From: Eledone cirrhosa
Taxonomy: Eukaryota
Direction: 5' to 3'
Assembly: GCA_964016885.1 (NCBI GenBank)
Contig: OZ024742.1
Span: 15,996,001 to 16,060,000 of the forward strand
DNA length: 64,000 nucleotides
Both the position numbers and the translations under genes were made by a program. Below, piece by piece: positions 26,401-41,400 of this stretch (position 1 is its first letter; the number at the start of each line of letters is the position of its first letter). The notes below the pieces were generated by a model. The model made no database searches, had not been told where the DNA came from, and saw nothing but the letters and a program-made list of their open reading frames with translations.

Positions 26401-29400
26401 CACACTAGATCTACTGATATAGTGTAGACAACAGATGTTGGAATTTGATACTAGATCTACTGATATAGTGTAGACAATAGATGTTGGAGTTTGATACTAG
26501 ATCTACTGATATAGTGTAGACAGTAGATGTTGGAGTTTGATACTAGATCTACTGATATAGTGCAGACAATAGATGTTGGACTTTGACACTAGATCTACTG
26601 ATATAGTGTAGACAATAGATGTTGGAGTTTGACACTAGATCTACTGATATAGTGTAGACAATAGATCTTGGAGTTTGATACTAGATCTACTGATATAGTG
26701 TAGACAATAGATGTTGGAGTTTGACACTAGATCTACTGATATAGAGTAGACAGTAGATGTTGGAGTTTGATACTAGATCTATTGATATAGTGTAGACAGT
26801 AGATGTTGGAGTTTGACACTAGATCTACTGATATAGAGTAGACAGTAGATGTTGGAGTTTGACACTAGATCTACTGATATAGTGTAGACAATAGATATTG
26901 GAGTTTGACACTAGATCTACTGATATAGTGTAGACAATAGATGTTGGAGTTTGACACTAGATCTACTGATATAGTGTAGACAATAGATGTTGGAGTTTGA
27001 CACTAGATCTACTGATATAGTGTAGACAGTAGATGTTGGAGTTTGACACTAGATCTACTGATATAGTGTAGACAGTAGATGTTGGAGTTTGACACTAGAT
27101 CTACTGATATAGAGTAGACAGTAGATGTTGGAGTTTGATACTAGATCTACTGATATAGTGTAGACAGTAGATGTTGGAGTTTGACACTAGATCTACTGAT
27201 ATAGTGTAGACAATAGATATTGGAGTTTGACACTAGATCTACTGATATAGTGTAGACAATAGATGTTGGAGTTTGACACTAGATCTACTGATATAGTGTA
27301 GACAATAGATGTTGGAGTTTGACACTAGATCTACTGATATAGTGTAGACAGTAGATGTTGGAGTTTGACACTAGATCTACTGATATAGTGTAGACAGTAG
27401 ATGTTGGAGTTTGACACTAGATCTACTGATATAGAGTAGACAGTAGATGTTGGAGTTTGATACTAGATCTACTGATATAGTGTAGACAGTAGATGTTGGA
27501 GTTTGACACTAGATCTACTGATATAGAGTAGACAGTAGATGTTGGAGTTTGACACTAGATCTACTGATATAGTGTAGACAATAGATATTGGAGTTTGACA
27601 CTAGATCTACTGATATAGTGTAGACAATAGATGTTGGAGTTTGACACTAGATCTACTGATATAGTGTAGACAATAGATGTTGGAGTTTGACACTAGATCT
27701 ACTGATATAGTGTAGACAGTAGATGTTGGAGTTTGACACTAGATCTACTGATATAGTGTATACAATAGATGTTGGAGTTTGACGCTAGATCTACTGATAT
27801 AGTGTAGAGAGTAGATGTTGGAGTTTGACACTAGATCTACTGATATAGTGTAGACGATAGATGTTGGAGTTTGATACTAGATCTACTGATATAGTGTAGA
27901 CAGTAGATGTTGGAGTTTGATACTAGATCTACTGATATAGTGTAGACAGTAGATGTTGGAGTTTGACACTAGATCTACTGATATAGTGTAGACAGTAGAT
28001 GTTGGAGTTTGATACTAGATCTACTGATATAGTGTAGACAGTAGATGTTGGAGTTTGATACTAGATCTACTGATATAGTGTAGACAGTAGATGTTGGAGT
28101 TTGACACTAGATCTACTGATATAGTGTAGACGATAGATGTTGGAGTTTGATACTAGATCTACTGATATAGTGTAGACAGTAGATGTTGGAGTTTGATACT
28201 AGATCTACTGATATAGTGTAGACAGTAGATGTTGGAGTTTGATACTAGATCTACTGATATAGTGTAGACAGTAGATGTTGGAGTTTGACACTAGATCTAC
28301 TGATATAGTGTAGACGATAGATGTTGGAGTTTGATACTAGATCTACTGATATAGTGTAGACAGTAGATGTTGGAGTTTGATACTAGATCTACTGATATAG
28401 TGTAGACAGTAGATGTTGGAGTTTGACACTAGATCTACTGATATAGTGTAGACAGTAGATGTTGGAGTTTGATACTAGATCTACTGATATAGTGTAGACA
28501 GTAGATGTTGGAGTTTGACACTAGATCTACTGATATAGTGTAGACAGTAGATGTTGGAGTTTGATACTAGATCTACTGATATAGAGTAGACAGTAGATGT
28601 TGGAGTTTGACACTAGATCTACTGATATAGTGTAGACAATACATGTTGGAGTTTGACACTAGATCTACTGATATAGTGTAGACAACAGATGTTGGAATTT
28701 GATACTAGATCTACTGATATAGAGTAGACAGTAGATGTTGGAGTTTGACACTAGATCTACTGATATAGTGTAGACAGTAGATGTTGGAGTTTGACACTAG
28801 ATCTACTGATATAGTGTAGACAGTAGATGTTGGAGTTTGACACTAGATCTACTGATAGAGTGTAGACAATAGATGTTGGAGTTTGACATTAGATCTACTG
28901 ATAGAGTGTAGACAATAGATGTTGGAGTTTGATACTAGATCTACTGATATAGTGTAGACAGTAGATGTTGGAGTTTGATACTAGATCTACTGATATAGTG
29001 TAGACAATAGATGTTGGAGTTTGGCACTAGATCTACTGATATAGTGTAGACAATAGATGTTGGAGTTTGACACTAGATCTACTGATATAGTGTAGACAAT
29101 AGATGTTGGAGTTTGACACTAGATCTACTGATATAGTGTAGACAATAGATGTTGGAGTTTGACACTAGATCTACTGATATAGTGTAGACAGTAGATGTTG
29201 GAGTTTGACACTAGATCTACTGATATAGTGTAGACAATAGATGTTGGAGTTTGACATTAGATCTACTGATAGAGTGTAGACAATAGATGTTGGAGTTTGA
29301 TACTAGATCTACTGATATAGTGTAGACAGTAGATGTTGGAGTTTGATACTAGATCTACTGATATAGTGTAGACAATAGATGTTGGACTTTGACACTAGAT

Positions 29401-32400
29401 CTACTGATATAGTGTAGACAATAGATGTTGGAGTTTGACACTAGATCTACTGATATAGTGTAGACAATAGATGTTGGAGTTTGACACTAGATCTACTGAT
29501 ATAGTGTAGACAATAGATGTTGGAGTTTGACACTAGATCTACTGATATTGTGTAGACAATAGATATTGGAGTTTGACACTAGATCTACTGATATAGTGTA
29601 GACAGTAGATGTTGGAGTTTGACACTAGATCTACTGATATAGTGTAGACAATAGATGTTGGAGTTTGATACTAGATCTACTGATATAGTGTAGACAATAG
29701 ATGTTGGACTTTGACACTAGATCTACTGATATAGTGTAGACAATAGATGTTGGAGTTTGATACTAGATCTACTGATATAGTGTAGACAGTAGATGTTGGA
29801 GTTTGACACTAGATCTACTGATATAGTGTAGACAGTAGATGTTGGAGTTTGACACTAGATCTACTGATATAGTGTAGACAATAGATATTGGAGTTTGACA
29901 CTAGATCTACTGATATAGTGTAGACAATAGATATTGGAGTTTGACACTAGATCTACTGATATAGTGTAGACAGTAGATGTTGGAGTTTGACACTAGATCT
30001 ACTGATATAGTGTATACAATAGATGTTGGAGCTTGACGCTAGATCTACTGATATAGTGTAGACAATTGATGCTGGAGTTTGACACTAGATCTACTGATAT
30101 AGTGTAGACAGTAGATGTTGGAGATTGACACTAAATCTACTGATATAGTGTAGACAATAGATGTTGGAGTTTGACACTAGATCTACTGATATAGTGTAGA
30201 CAGTAGATGTTGGAGTTTGACACTAGATCTACTGATATAGTGTAGACAGTAGATGTTGGAGTTTGATACTAGATCTACTGATATAGTGTAGACAATAGAT
30301 GTTGGAGTTTGACACTAGATCTACTGATATAGTGTAGACAGTAGATGTTGGAGTTTGACACTAGATCTACTGATATAGTGTAGACAGTAGATGTTGGAGT
30401 TTGATACTAGATCTACTGATATAGTGTAGACAGTAGATGTTGGAGTTTGATACTAGATCTACTGATATAGTGTAGACAGTAGATGTTGGAGTTTGACACT
30501 AGATCTACTGATATAGTGTAGACAGTAGATGTTGGAGTTTGATACTAGATCTACTGATATAGTGTAGGCAGTAGATGTTGGAGTTTGACACTAGATCTAC
30601 TGATAGAGTGTAGACAATAGATGTTGGAGTTTGACACTAGATCTACTGATATAGTGTAGACAATAGATGTTGGAGTTTGACACTAGATCTACTGATATAG
30701 TGTAGACAGTAGATGTTGGAGTTTGATACTAGATCTACTGATATAGTGTAGACAGTAGATGTTGGAGTTTGATACTAGATCTACTGATATAGTGTAGACA
30801 GTAGATGTTGGAGTTTGACACTAGATCTACTGATATAGTGTAGACGATAGATGTTGGAGTTTGATACTAGATCTACTGATATAGTGTAGACAGTAGATGT
30901 TGGAGTTTGACATTAGATCTACTGATATAGTGTAGACAATAGATGTTGGAGTTTGACACTAGATCTACTGATATAGTGTAGACAGTAGATGTTGGAGTTT
31001 GACACTAGATCTACTGATATAGTGTAGACAGTAGATGTTGGAGTTTGATACTAGATCTACTGATATAGAGTAGACAGTAGATGTTGGAGTTTGAGACTAG
31101 ATCTACTGATAGAGTGTAGACAATAGATGTTGGAGTTTGACACTAGATCTACTGATATAGTGTAGACAGTAGATGTTGGAGTTTGACACTAGATCTACTG
31201 ATATAGTGTAGACAATAGATGTTGGAGTTTGATACTAGATCTACTGATATAGTGTAGACAGTAGATGTTGGAGTTTGATACTAGATCTACTGATATAGTG
31301 TAGACAATAGATGTTGGACTTTGACACTAGATCTACTGATATAGTGTAGACAATAGATGTTGGAGTTTGATACTAGATCTACTGATATAGAGTAGACAGT
31401 AGATGTTGGAGTTTGACACTAGATCTACTGATATAGTGTAGACAATAGATGTTGGAGTTTGACACTAGATCTACTGATATAGTGTAGACAGTAGATGTTG
31501 GAGTTTGACACTAGATCTACTGATATAGTGTAGACAATAGATGTTGGAGTTTGACACTAGATCTACTGATATAGTGTAGACAATAGATGTTGGAGTTTGA
31601 TACTAGATCTACTGATATAGTGTAGACAGTAGATGTTGGAGTTTGACACTAGATCTACTGATATAGTGTAGACAGTAGATGTTGGAGTTTGACACTAGAT
31701 CTACTGATATAGTGTAGACAATAGATGTTGGAGTTTGACACTAGATCTACTGATATAGTGTAGACAGTAGATGTTGGAGTTTGACACTAGATCTACTGAT
31801 ATAGTGTAGACAATAGATGTTGGAGTTTGACACTAGATCTACTGATATAGTGTAGACAGTAGATGTTGGAGTTTGACACTAGATCAACTGATATAGTGTA
31901 GACAATAGATGTTGGAGTTTGACACTAGATCTACTGATATAGTGTAGACAGTAGATGTTGGAGTTTGACACTAGATCTACTGATATAGTGTAGACAGTAG
32001 ATGTTGGAGTTTGACACTAGATCTACTGATATAGTGTAGACAGTAGATGTTGGAGTTTGACACTAGATCTACTGATATAGTGTAGACAATAGATGTTGGA
32101 GTTTGACACTAGATCTACTGATATAGTGTAGGCAGTAGATGTTGGAGTTTGACACTAGATCTACTGATATAGTGTAGACAGTAGATGTTGGAGTTTGACA
32201 CTAGATCTACTGATATAGTGTAGACAGTAGATGTTGGAGTTTGACACTAGATCTACTGATATAGTGTAGACAATAGATGTTGGAGTTTGACACTAGATCT
32301 ACTGATATAGTGTAGACAGTAGATGTTGGAGTTTGACACTAGATCAACTGATATAGTGTAGACAATAGATGTTGGAGTTTGACACTAGATCTACTGATAT

Positions 32401-35400
32401 AGTGTAGACAGTAGATGTTGGAGTTTGACACTAGATCTACTGATATAGTGTAGACAGTAGATGTTGGAGTTTGACACTAGATCTACTGATATAGTGTAGA
32501 CAGTGGATGTTGGAGTTTGACACTAGATCTACTGATATAGTGTAGACAGTAGATGTTGGAGTTTGATACTAGATCTACTGATATAGTGTAGACAGTAGAT
32601 GTTGGAGTTTGACACTAGATCTACTGATATAGTGTAGACAATAGATGTTGGACTTTGACACTAGATCTACTGATATAGTGTAGACAATAGATGTTGGAGT
32701 TTGACACTAGATCTACTGATAGAGTGTAGACAATAGATGTTGGAGTTTGGCACTAGATCTACTGATATAGTGTAGAGAGTAGATGTTGGAGTTTGATACT
32801 AGATCTACTGATATAGTGTAGACAGTAGATGTTGGAGTTTGGCACTAGATCTACTGATAGAGTGTAGATAGTAGATGTTGGAGTTTGATACTAGATCTAC
32901 TGATATAGTGTAGACAGTAGATGTTGGAGTTTGACACTAGATCTACTGATAGAGTGTAGACAGTAGATGTTGGAGTTTGACACTAGATCTACTGATAGAG
33001 TGTAGATAGTAGATGTTGGAGTTTGATACTAGATCTACTGATATAATGTAGACAGTAGATGTTGGAGTTTGACACTAGATCTACTGATATAGTGTAGACA
33101 ATAGATGTTGGAGTTTGACACTAGATCTACTGATATAGTGTAGACAGTAGATGTTGGAGTTTGACACTAGATCTACTGATATAGTGTAGACAATAGATGT
33201 TGGAGTTTGGCACTAGATCTACTGATATAGTGTAGAGAGTAGATGTTGGAGTTTGATACTAGATCTACTGATATAGTGTAGACAGTAGATGTTGGAGTTT
33301 GGCACTAGATCTACTGATATAGTGTAGACAGTAGATGTTGGAGTTTGATACTAGATCTACTGATATAGTGTATACAGTAGATGTTGGAGTTTGATACTAG
33401 ATCTACTGATATAGTGTAGACAGTAGATGTTGGAGTTTGACACTAGATCTACTGATATAGTGTAGACAGTAGATGTTGGAGTTTGACACTAGATCTACTG
33501 ATAGAGTGTAGACAATAGATGTTGGAGTTTGACACTAGATCTACTGATATAGTGTAGACAATAGATGTTGGAGTTTGACACTAGATCTACTTATATAGTG
33601 TAGACGATAGATGTTGGAGTTTGATACTAGATCTACTGATATAGTGTAGACAGTAGATGTTGGAGTTTGACACTAGATCTACTAATATAGTGTAGACAGT
33701 AGATGTTGGATTTTGACACTAGATCTACTAATATAGTGTAGACAGTAGATGTTGGAGTTTGACACTAGATCTACTGATATAGTGTAGGCAGTAGATGTTG
33801 GAGTTTGACACTAGATCTACTAATATAGTGTAGACAATAGATGTTGGAGTTTGACACTAGATCTACTGATATAGTGTAGACAGTAGATGTTGGAGTTTGA
33901 CACTAGATCTACTGATATAGTGTAGACAATAGATGTTGGAGTTTGACACTAGATCTACTGATATAGTGTAGACAATAGATGTTGGAGTTTGACACTAGAT
34001 CTACTGATATAGTGTAGACAGTAGATGTTGTATTTTGACACTAGATCTACTGATATAGTGTAGACAATAGATGTTGGAGTTTGACACTAGATCTACTGAT
34101 ATAGTGTAGACAGTAGATGTTGGAGTTTGACACTAGATCTACTGATATAGTGTAGACAATAGATGTTGGAGTTTGACACTAGATCTACTGATATAGTGTA
34201 GACAGTAGATGTTGGAGTTTGATACTAGATCTACTGATATAGTGTAGACAGTAGATGTTGGAGTTTGACACTAGATCTATTGATATAGTGTAGACAGTAG
34301 ATGTTGGAGTTTGATACTAGATCTACTGATATAGTGTAGACAATAGATGTTGGAGTTTGACACTAGATCTACTGATATAGTGTAGACAGTAGATGTTGGA
34401 GTTTGACACTAGATCTATTGATATAGTGTAGACAATAGATGTTGGAGTTTGACACTAGATCTACTTATATAGTGTAGACGATAGATGTTGGAGTTTGACA
34501 CTAGATCTACTTATATAGTGTAGACGATAGATGTTGGAGTTTGACACTAGATCTACTGATATAGTGTAGACAGTAGATGTTGGAGTTTGACACTAGATCT
34601 ACTGATATAGTGTAGACAATAGATGTTGGAGTTTGACACTAGATCTACTGATATAGTGTAGACAGTAGATGTTGGAGTTTGATACTAGATCTACTGATAT
34701 AGTGTAGACAGTAGATGTTGGAGTTTGACACTAGATCTACTAATATAGTGTAGACAGTAGATGTTGGATTTTGACACTAGATCTACTAATATAGTGTAGA
34801 CAGTAGATGTTGGAGTTTGACACTAGATCTACTGATATAGTGTAGGCAGTAGATGTTGGAGTTTGACACTAGATCTACTAATATAGTGTAGACAATAGAT
34901 GTTGGAGTTTGACACTAGATCTACTGATATAGTGTAGACAGTAGATGTTGGAGTTTGACACTAGATCTACTGATATAGTGTAGACAATAGATGTTGGAGT
35001 TTGACACTAGATCTACTGATATAGTGTAGACAATAGATGTTGGAGTTTGACACTAGATCTACTGATATAGTGTAGTCAGTAGATGTTGGAGTTTGACACT
35101 AGATCTACTAATATAGTGTAGACAGTAGATGTTGGAGTTTGACACTTGATCTGCTGATATAGTGTACACAATAGATGTTGGAGTTTGACACTAGATCTAC
35201 TGATATAGTTTAACAGTAGATGTTGGAGTTTGACACTAGATCTACTGATATAGTGTATACAATAGATGTTGGAGCTTGACGCTAGATCTACTGATATAGT
35301 GTAGACAGTAGATGTTGGAGTTTGATACTAAATCTACTGATATAGTGTAGACAATAGATGTTGGAGTTTGACACTAGATCTACTGATATAGTGTAGACAG

Positions 35401-38400
35401 TAGATGTTGGAGTTTGACACTAGATCTACTGATATAGTGTAGACAGTAGATGTTGGAGTTTGACACTAGATCTACTGATATAGTGTAGACAGTAGATGTT
35501 GGAGTTTGACACTAGATCTACTGATATAGTGTAGACAGTAGATGTTGGAGTTTGACACTAGATCTACTGATATAGTGTAGACAATAGATGTTGGAGTTTG
35601 ATACTAGATCTACTGATATAGTGTAGACAGTAGATGTTGGAGTTTGATACTAGATCTACTGATATAGTGTAGGCAGTAGATGTTGGAGTTTGACACTAGA
35701 TCTACTGATAGAGTGTAGACAATAGATGTTGGACTTTGACACTAGATCTACTGATATAGTGTAGACAATAGATGTTGGAGTTTGACACTAGATCTACTGA
35801 TATAGTGTAGACAGTAGATGTTGGAGTTTGATACTAGATCTACTGATATAGTGTAGACAGTAGAAGTTGGAGTTTGATACTAGATCTACTGATATAGTGT
35901 AGACAGTAGATGTTGGAGTTTGATACTAGATCTACTGATATAGTGTAGACAGTAGAAGTTGGAGTTTGATACTAGATCTACTGATATAGTGTAGACAGTA
36001 GATGTTGGAGTTTGACACTAGATCTACTGATATAGTGTAGACGATAGATGTTGGAGTTTGATACTAGATCTACTGATATAGTGTAGACAGTAGATGTTGG
36101 AGTTTGATACTAGATCTACTGATATAGTGTAGACAGTAGAAGTTGGAGTTTGATACTAGATCTACTGATATAGTGTAGACAGTAGATGTTGGAGTTTGAT
36201 ACTAGATCTACTGATATAGTGTAGACAATAGATGTTGGAGTTTGACACTAGATCTACTGATATAGTGTAGACAGTAGATGTTGGAGTTTGATACTAGATC
36301 TACTGATATAGTGTAGACAATAGATGTTGGAGTTTGACACTAGATCTACTGATATAGTGTAGACAGTAGATGTTGGAGTTTGATACTAGATCTACTGATA
36401 TAGTGTAGACAGTAGAAGTTGGAGTTTGATACTAGATCTACTGATATAGTGTAGACAGTAGATGTTGGAGTTTGACACTAGATCTACTGATATAGTGTAG
36501 ACGATAGATGTTGGAGTTTGACACTAGATCTACTGATATAGTGTAGACAATAGATGTTGGAGTTTGACACTAGATCTACTGATATAGTGTAGACAATAGA
36601 TGTTGGAGTTTGACACTAGATCTACTGATATAGTGTAGACAATAGATGTTGGAGTTTGATACTAGATCTACTGATATAGTGTAGACAGTAGATGTTGGAG
36701 TTTGACACTAGATCTACTGATATAGTGTAGACAATAGATGTTGGAGTTTGACACTAGATCTACTGATATAGTGTAGACAGTAGATGTTGGAGTTTGACAC
36801 TAGATCTACTGATATAGTGTAGACAATAGATGTTGGAGTTTGACACTAGATCTACTGATATAGTGTAGACAGTAGATGTTGGAGTTTGACACTAGATCTA
36901 CTGATATAGTGTAGACAATAGATGTTGGAGTTTGACACTAGATCTACTGATATAGTGTAGACAGTAGATGTTGGAGTTTGACACTACATCTACTGATATA
37001 GTGTAGACAATAGATGTTGGAGTTTGACACTAGATCTACTTATATAGTGTAGACGATAGATGTTGGAGTTTGACACTAGATCTACTGATATAGAGTAGAC
37101 AGTAGATGTTGGAGTTTGATACTAGATCTACTGATATAGTGTAGACAGTAGATGTTGGAGTTTGACACTAGATCTACTGATATAGTGTAGACAATAGATG
37201 TTGGAGTTTGACACTAGATCTACTGATAGAGTGTAGACAATAGATGTTGGAGTTTGGCACTAGATCTACTGATATAGTGTAGATAGTAGATGTTGGAGTT
37301 TGATACTAGATCTACTGATATAGTGTAGACAGTAGATGTTGGAGTTTGACACTAGATCTACTGATATAGTGTAGACAGTAGATGTTGGAGTTTGACACTA
37401 GATCTACTGATATAGTGTAGACAGTAGATGTTGGAGTTTGAGACTAGATCTACTGATAGAGTGTAGACAATAGATGTTGGAGTTTGACACTAGATCTACT
37501 GATATAGTGTAGACAATAGATGTTGGAGTTTGATACTAGATCTACTGATATAGTGTAGACAGTAGATGTTGGAGTTTGATACTAGATCTACTGATATAGT
37601 GTAGACAGTAGATGTTGGAGTTTGATACTAGATCTACTGATATAGTGTAGACAGTAGATGTTGGAGTTTGACACTAGATCTACTGATATAGTGTAGACAA
37701 TAGATATTGGAGTTTGACACTAGATCTACTTATATAGTGTAGACGATAGATGTTGGAGTTTGATACTAGATCTACTGATATAGTGTAGACAGTAGATGTT
37801 GGAGTTTGATACTAGATCTACTGATATAGTGTAGACAGTAGATGTTGGAGTTTGACACTAGATCTACTGATATAGTGTAGACAATAGATGTTGGAGTTTG
37901 ATACTAGATCTACTGATATAGTGTAGACAATAGATGTTGGAGTTTGACACTAGATCTACTTATATAGTGTAGACGATAGATGTTGGAGTTTGATACTAGA
38001 TCTACTGATATAGTGTAGACAGTAGATGTTGGAGTTTGACACTAGATCTACTAATATAGTGTAGACAGTAGATGTTGGATTTTGACACTAGATCTACTAA
38101 TATAGTGTAGACAGTAGATGTTGGAGTTTGACACTAGATCTACTGATATAGTGTAGACAATAGATGTTGGAGTTTGACACTAGATCTACTGATATAGTGT
38201 AGAGAGTAGATGTTGGAGTTTGACACTAGATCTACTGATATAGTGTAGACAGTAGATGTTGGAGTTTGAAACTAGATCTACTGATATAGTGTAGACAACA
38301 GATGTTGGAATTTGATACTAGATCTACTGATATAGTGTAGACAGTAGATGTTGGAGTTTGATACTAGATCTACTGATATAGAGTAGACAGTAGATGTTGG

Positions 38401-41400
38401 ACTTTGACACTAGATCTACTGATATAGTGTAGACAATAGATATTGGAGTTTGACACTAGATCTACTGATATAGTGTAGACAATAGATGTTGGAGTTTGAC
38501 ACTAGATCTACTGATATAGTGTAGACAGTAGATGTTGGAGTTTGATACTAGATCTACTGATATAGTGTAGACAGTAGATGTTGGAGTTTGACACTAGATC
38601 TACTGATATACTGTAGACAGTAGATATTGGAGTTTGATACTAGATCTACTGATATAGTGTAGACAGTAGATGTTGGAGTTTGACACTAGATCTACTGATA
38701 TAGTGTAGACGATAGATGTTGGAGTTTGATACTAGATCTACTGATATAGTGTAGACAGTAGATGTTGGAGTTTGACACTAGATCTACTGATATAGTGTAG
38801 ACAATAGATGTTGGAGTTTGACACTAGATCTACTGATATAGTGTAGACAACAGATGTTGGAATTTGATACTAGATCTACTGATATAGAGTAGACAGTAGA
38901 TGTTGGAGTTTGATACTAGATCTACTGATATAGAGTAGACAGTAGATGTTGGACTTTGACACTAGATCTACTGATATAGTGTAGACAATAGATTTTGGAG
39001 TTTGACACTAGATCTACTGATATAGTGTAGACAACAGATGTTGGAATTTGATACTAGATCTACTGATATAGAGTAGACAGTAGATGTTGGAGTTTGACAC
39101 TAGATCTACTGATATAGTGTAGACAGTAGATGTTGGAGTTTGATACTAGATCTACTGATATAGTGTAGACAGTAGATGTTGGAGTTTGACACTAGATCTA
39201 CTGATATACTGTAGACAGTAGATATTGGAGTTTGATACTAGATCTACTGATATAGTGTAGACAGTAGATGTTGGAGTTTGACACTAGATCTACTGATATA
39301 GTGTAGACGATAGATGTTGGAGTTTGATACTAGATCTACTGATATAGTGTAGACAGTAGATGTTGGAGTTTGACACTAGATCTACTGATATAGTGTAGAC
39401 AATAGATGTTGGAGTTTGACACTAGATCTACTGATATAGTGTAGACAACAGATGTTGGAATTTGATACTAGATCTACTGATATAGAGTAGACAGTAGATG
39501 TTGGAGTTTGATACTAGATCTACTGATATAGAGTAGACAGTAGATGTTGGACTTTGACACTAGATCTACTGATATAGTGTAGACAATAGATGTTGGAGTT
39601 TGACACTAGATCTACTGATATAGTGTAGACAACAGATGTTGGAATTTGATACTAGATCTACTGATATAGAGTAGACAGTAGATGTTGGAGTTTGACACTA
39701 GATCTACTGATATAGTGTAGACAGTAGATGTTGGAGTTTGACACTAGATCTACTGATATAGTGTAGACAATAGATGTTGGAGTTTGATACTAGATCTACT
39801 GATATAGTGTAGACAGTAGATGTTGGAGTTTGATACTAGATCTACTGATAGAGTGTAGACAATAGATGTTGGAGTTTGATACTAGATCTACTGATATAGT
39901 GTAGACAGTAGATGTTGGAGTTTGACACTAGATCTACTGATATAGTGTAGACAATAGATGTTGGAGTTTGACACTAGATCTACTGATATAGTGTAGACAA
40001 TAGATGTTGGAGTTTGATACTAGATCTACTGATATAGTGTAGACAGTAGATGTTGGAGTTTGACACTAGAGCTACTGATATAGTGTAGACAGTAGATGTT
40101 GGAGTTTGACACTAGATCTACTGATATAGTGTTGACAATAGATATTGGAGTTTGACACTAGATCTACTGATATAGTGTAGACAATAGATGTTGGAGTTTG
40201 ACACTAGATCTACTGATATAGTGTAGACAATAGATGTTGGAGTTTGACACTAGATCTACTGATATAGTGTAGACAGTAGATGTTGGAGTTTGACACTAGA
40301 TCTACTGATATAGTGTATACAATAGATGTTGGAGTTTGACGCTAGATCTACTGATATAGTGTAGACAATAGATGTTGGAGTTTGACACTAGATCTACTGA
40401 TATATTGTAGACAGTAGATGTTGGAGATTGACACTAGATCTACTGATATAGTGTAGACAGTAGATGTTGGAGTTTGACACTAGATCTACTGATATAGTGT
40501 ACACAATAGATGTTGGAGTTTGACACTAGATCTACTGATATAGTGTAGACAATAGATGTTGGAGTTTGACACTAGATCTACTGATATAGTGTAGACAGTA
40601 GATGTTGGAGTTTGATACTAGATCTACTGATATAGTGTACACAATAGATGTTGGAGTTTGATACTAGATCTACTGATATAGTGTAGACAGTAGATGTTGG
40701 AGTTTGACACTAGATCTACTGATATAGTGTAGACAGTAGATGTTGGAGTTTGATACTAGATCTACTGATATAGTGTAGACAGTAGATGTTTGGAGTTTGA
40801 TACTAGATCTACTGATATAGTGTAGACAGTAGATGTTGGAGTTTGACACTAGATCTACTGATATAGTGTAGACAGTAGATGTTGGAGTTTGACACTAGAT
40901 CTACTGATATAGTGTAGACAATAGATGTTGGAGTTTGATACTAGATCTACTGATATAGTGTAGACAGTAGATGTTGGAGTTTGACACTAGATCTACTGAT
41001 ATAGTGTAGACAGTAGATGTTGGAGTTTGACACTAGATCTACTGATATAGTGTAGACGATAGATGTTGGAGTTTGATACTAGATCTACTGATATAGTGTA
41101 GACAGTAGATGTTGGAGTTTGACACTAGATCTACTGATATAGTGTAGACAATAGATGTTGGAGTTTGATACTAGATCTACTGATATAGTGTAGACAGTAG
41201 ATGTTGGAGTTTGACACTAGATCTACTGATATAGTGTAGACAATAGATGTTGGAGTTTGATACTAGATCTACTGATATAGTGTAGACAGTAGATGTTGGA
41301 GTTTGACACTAGATCTACTGATATAGTGTAGACAGTAGATGTTGGAGTTTGACACTAGATCTACTGATATAGTGTAGACGATAGATGTTGGAGTTTGATA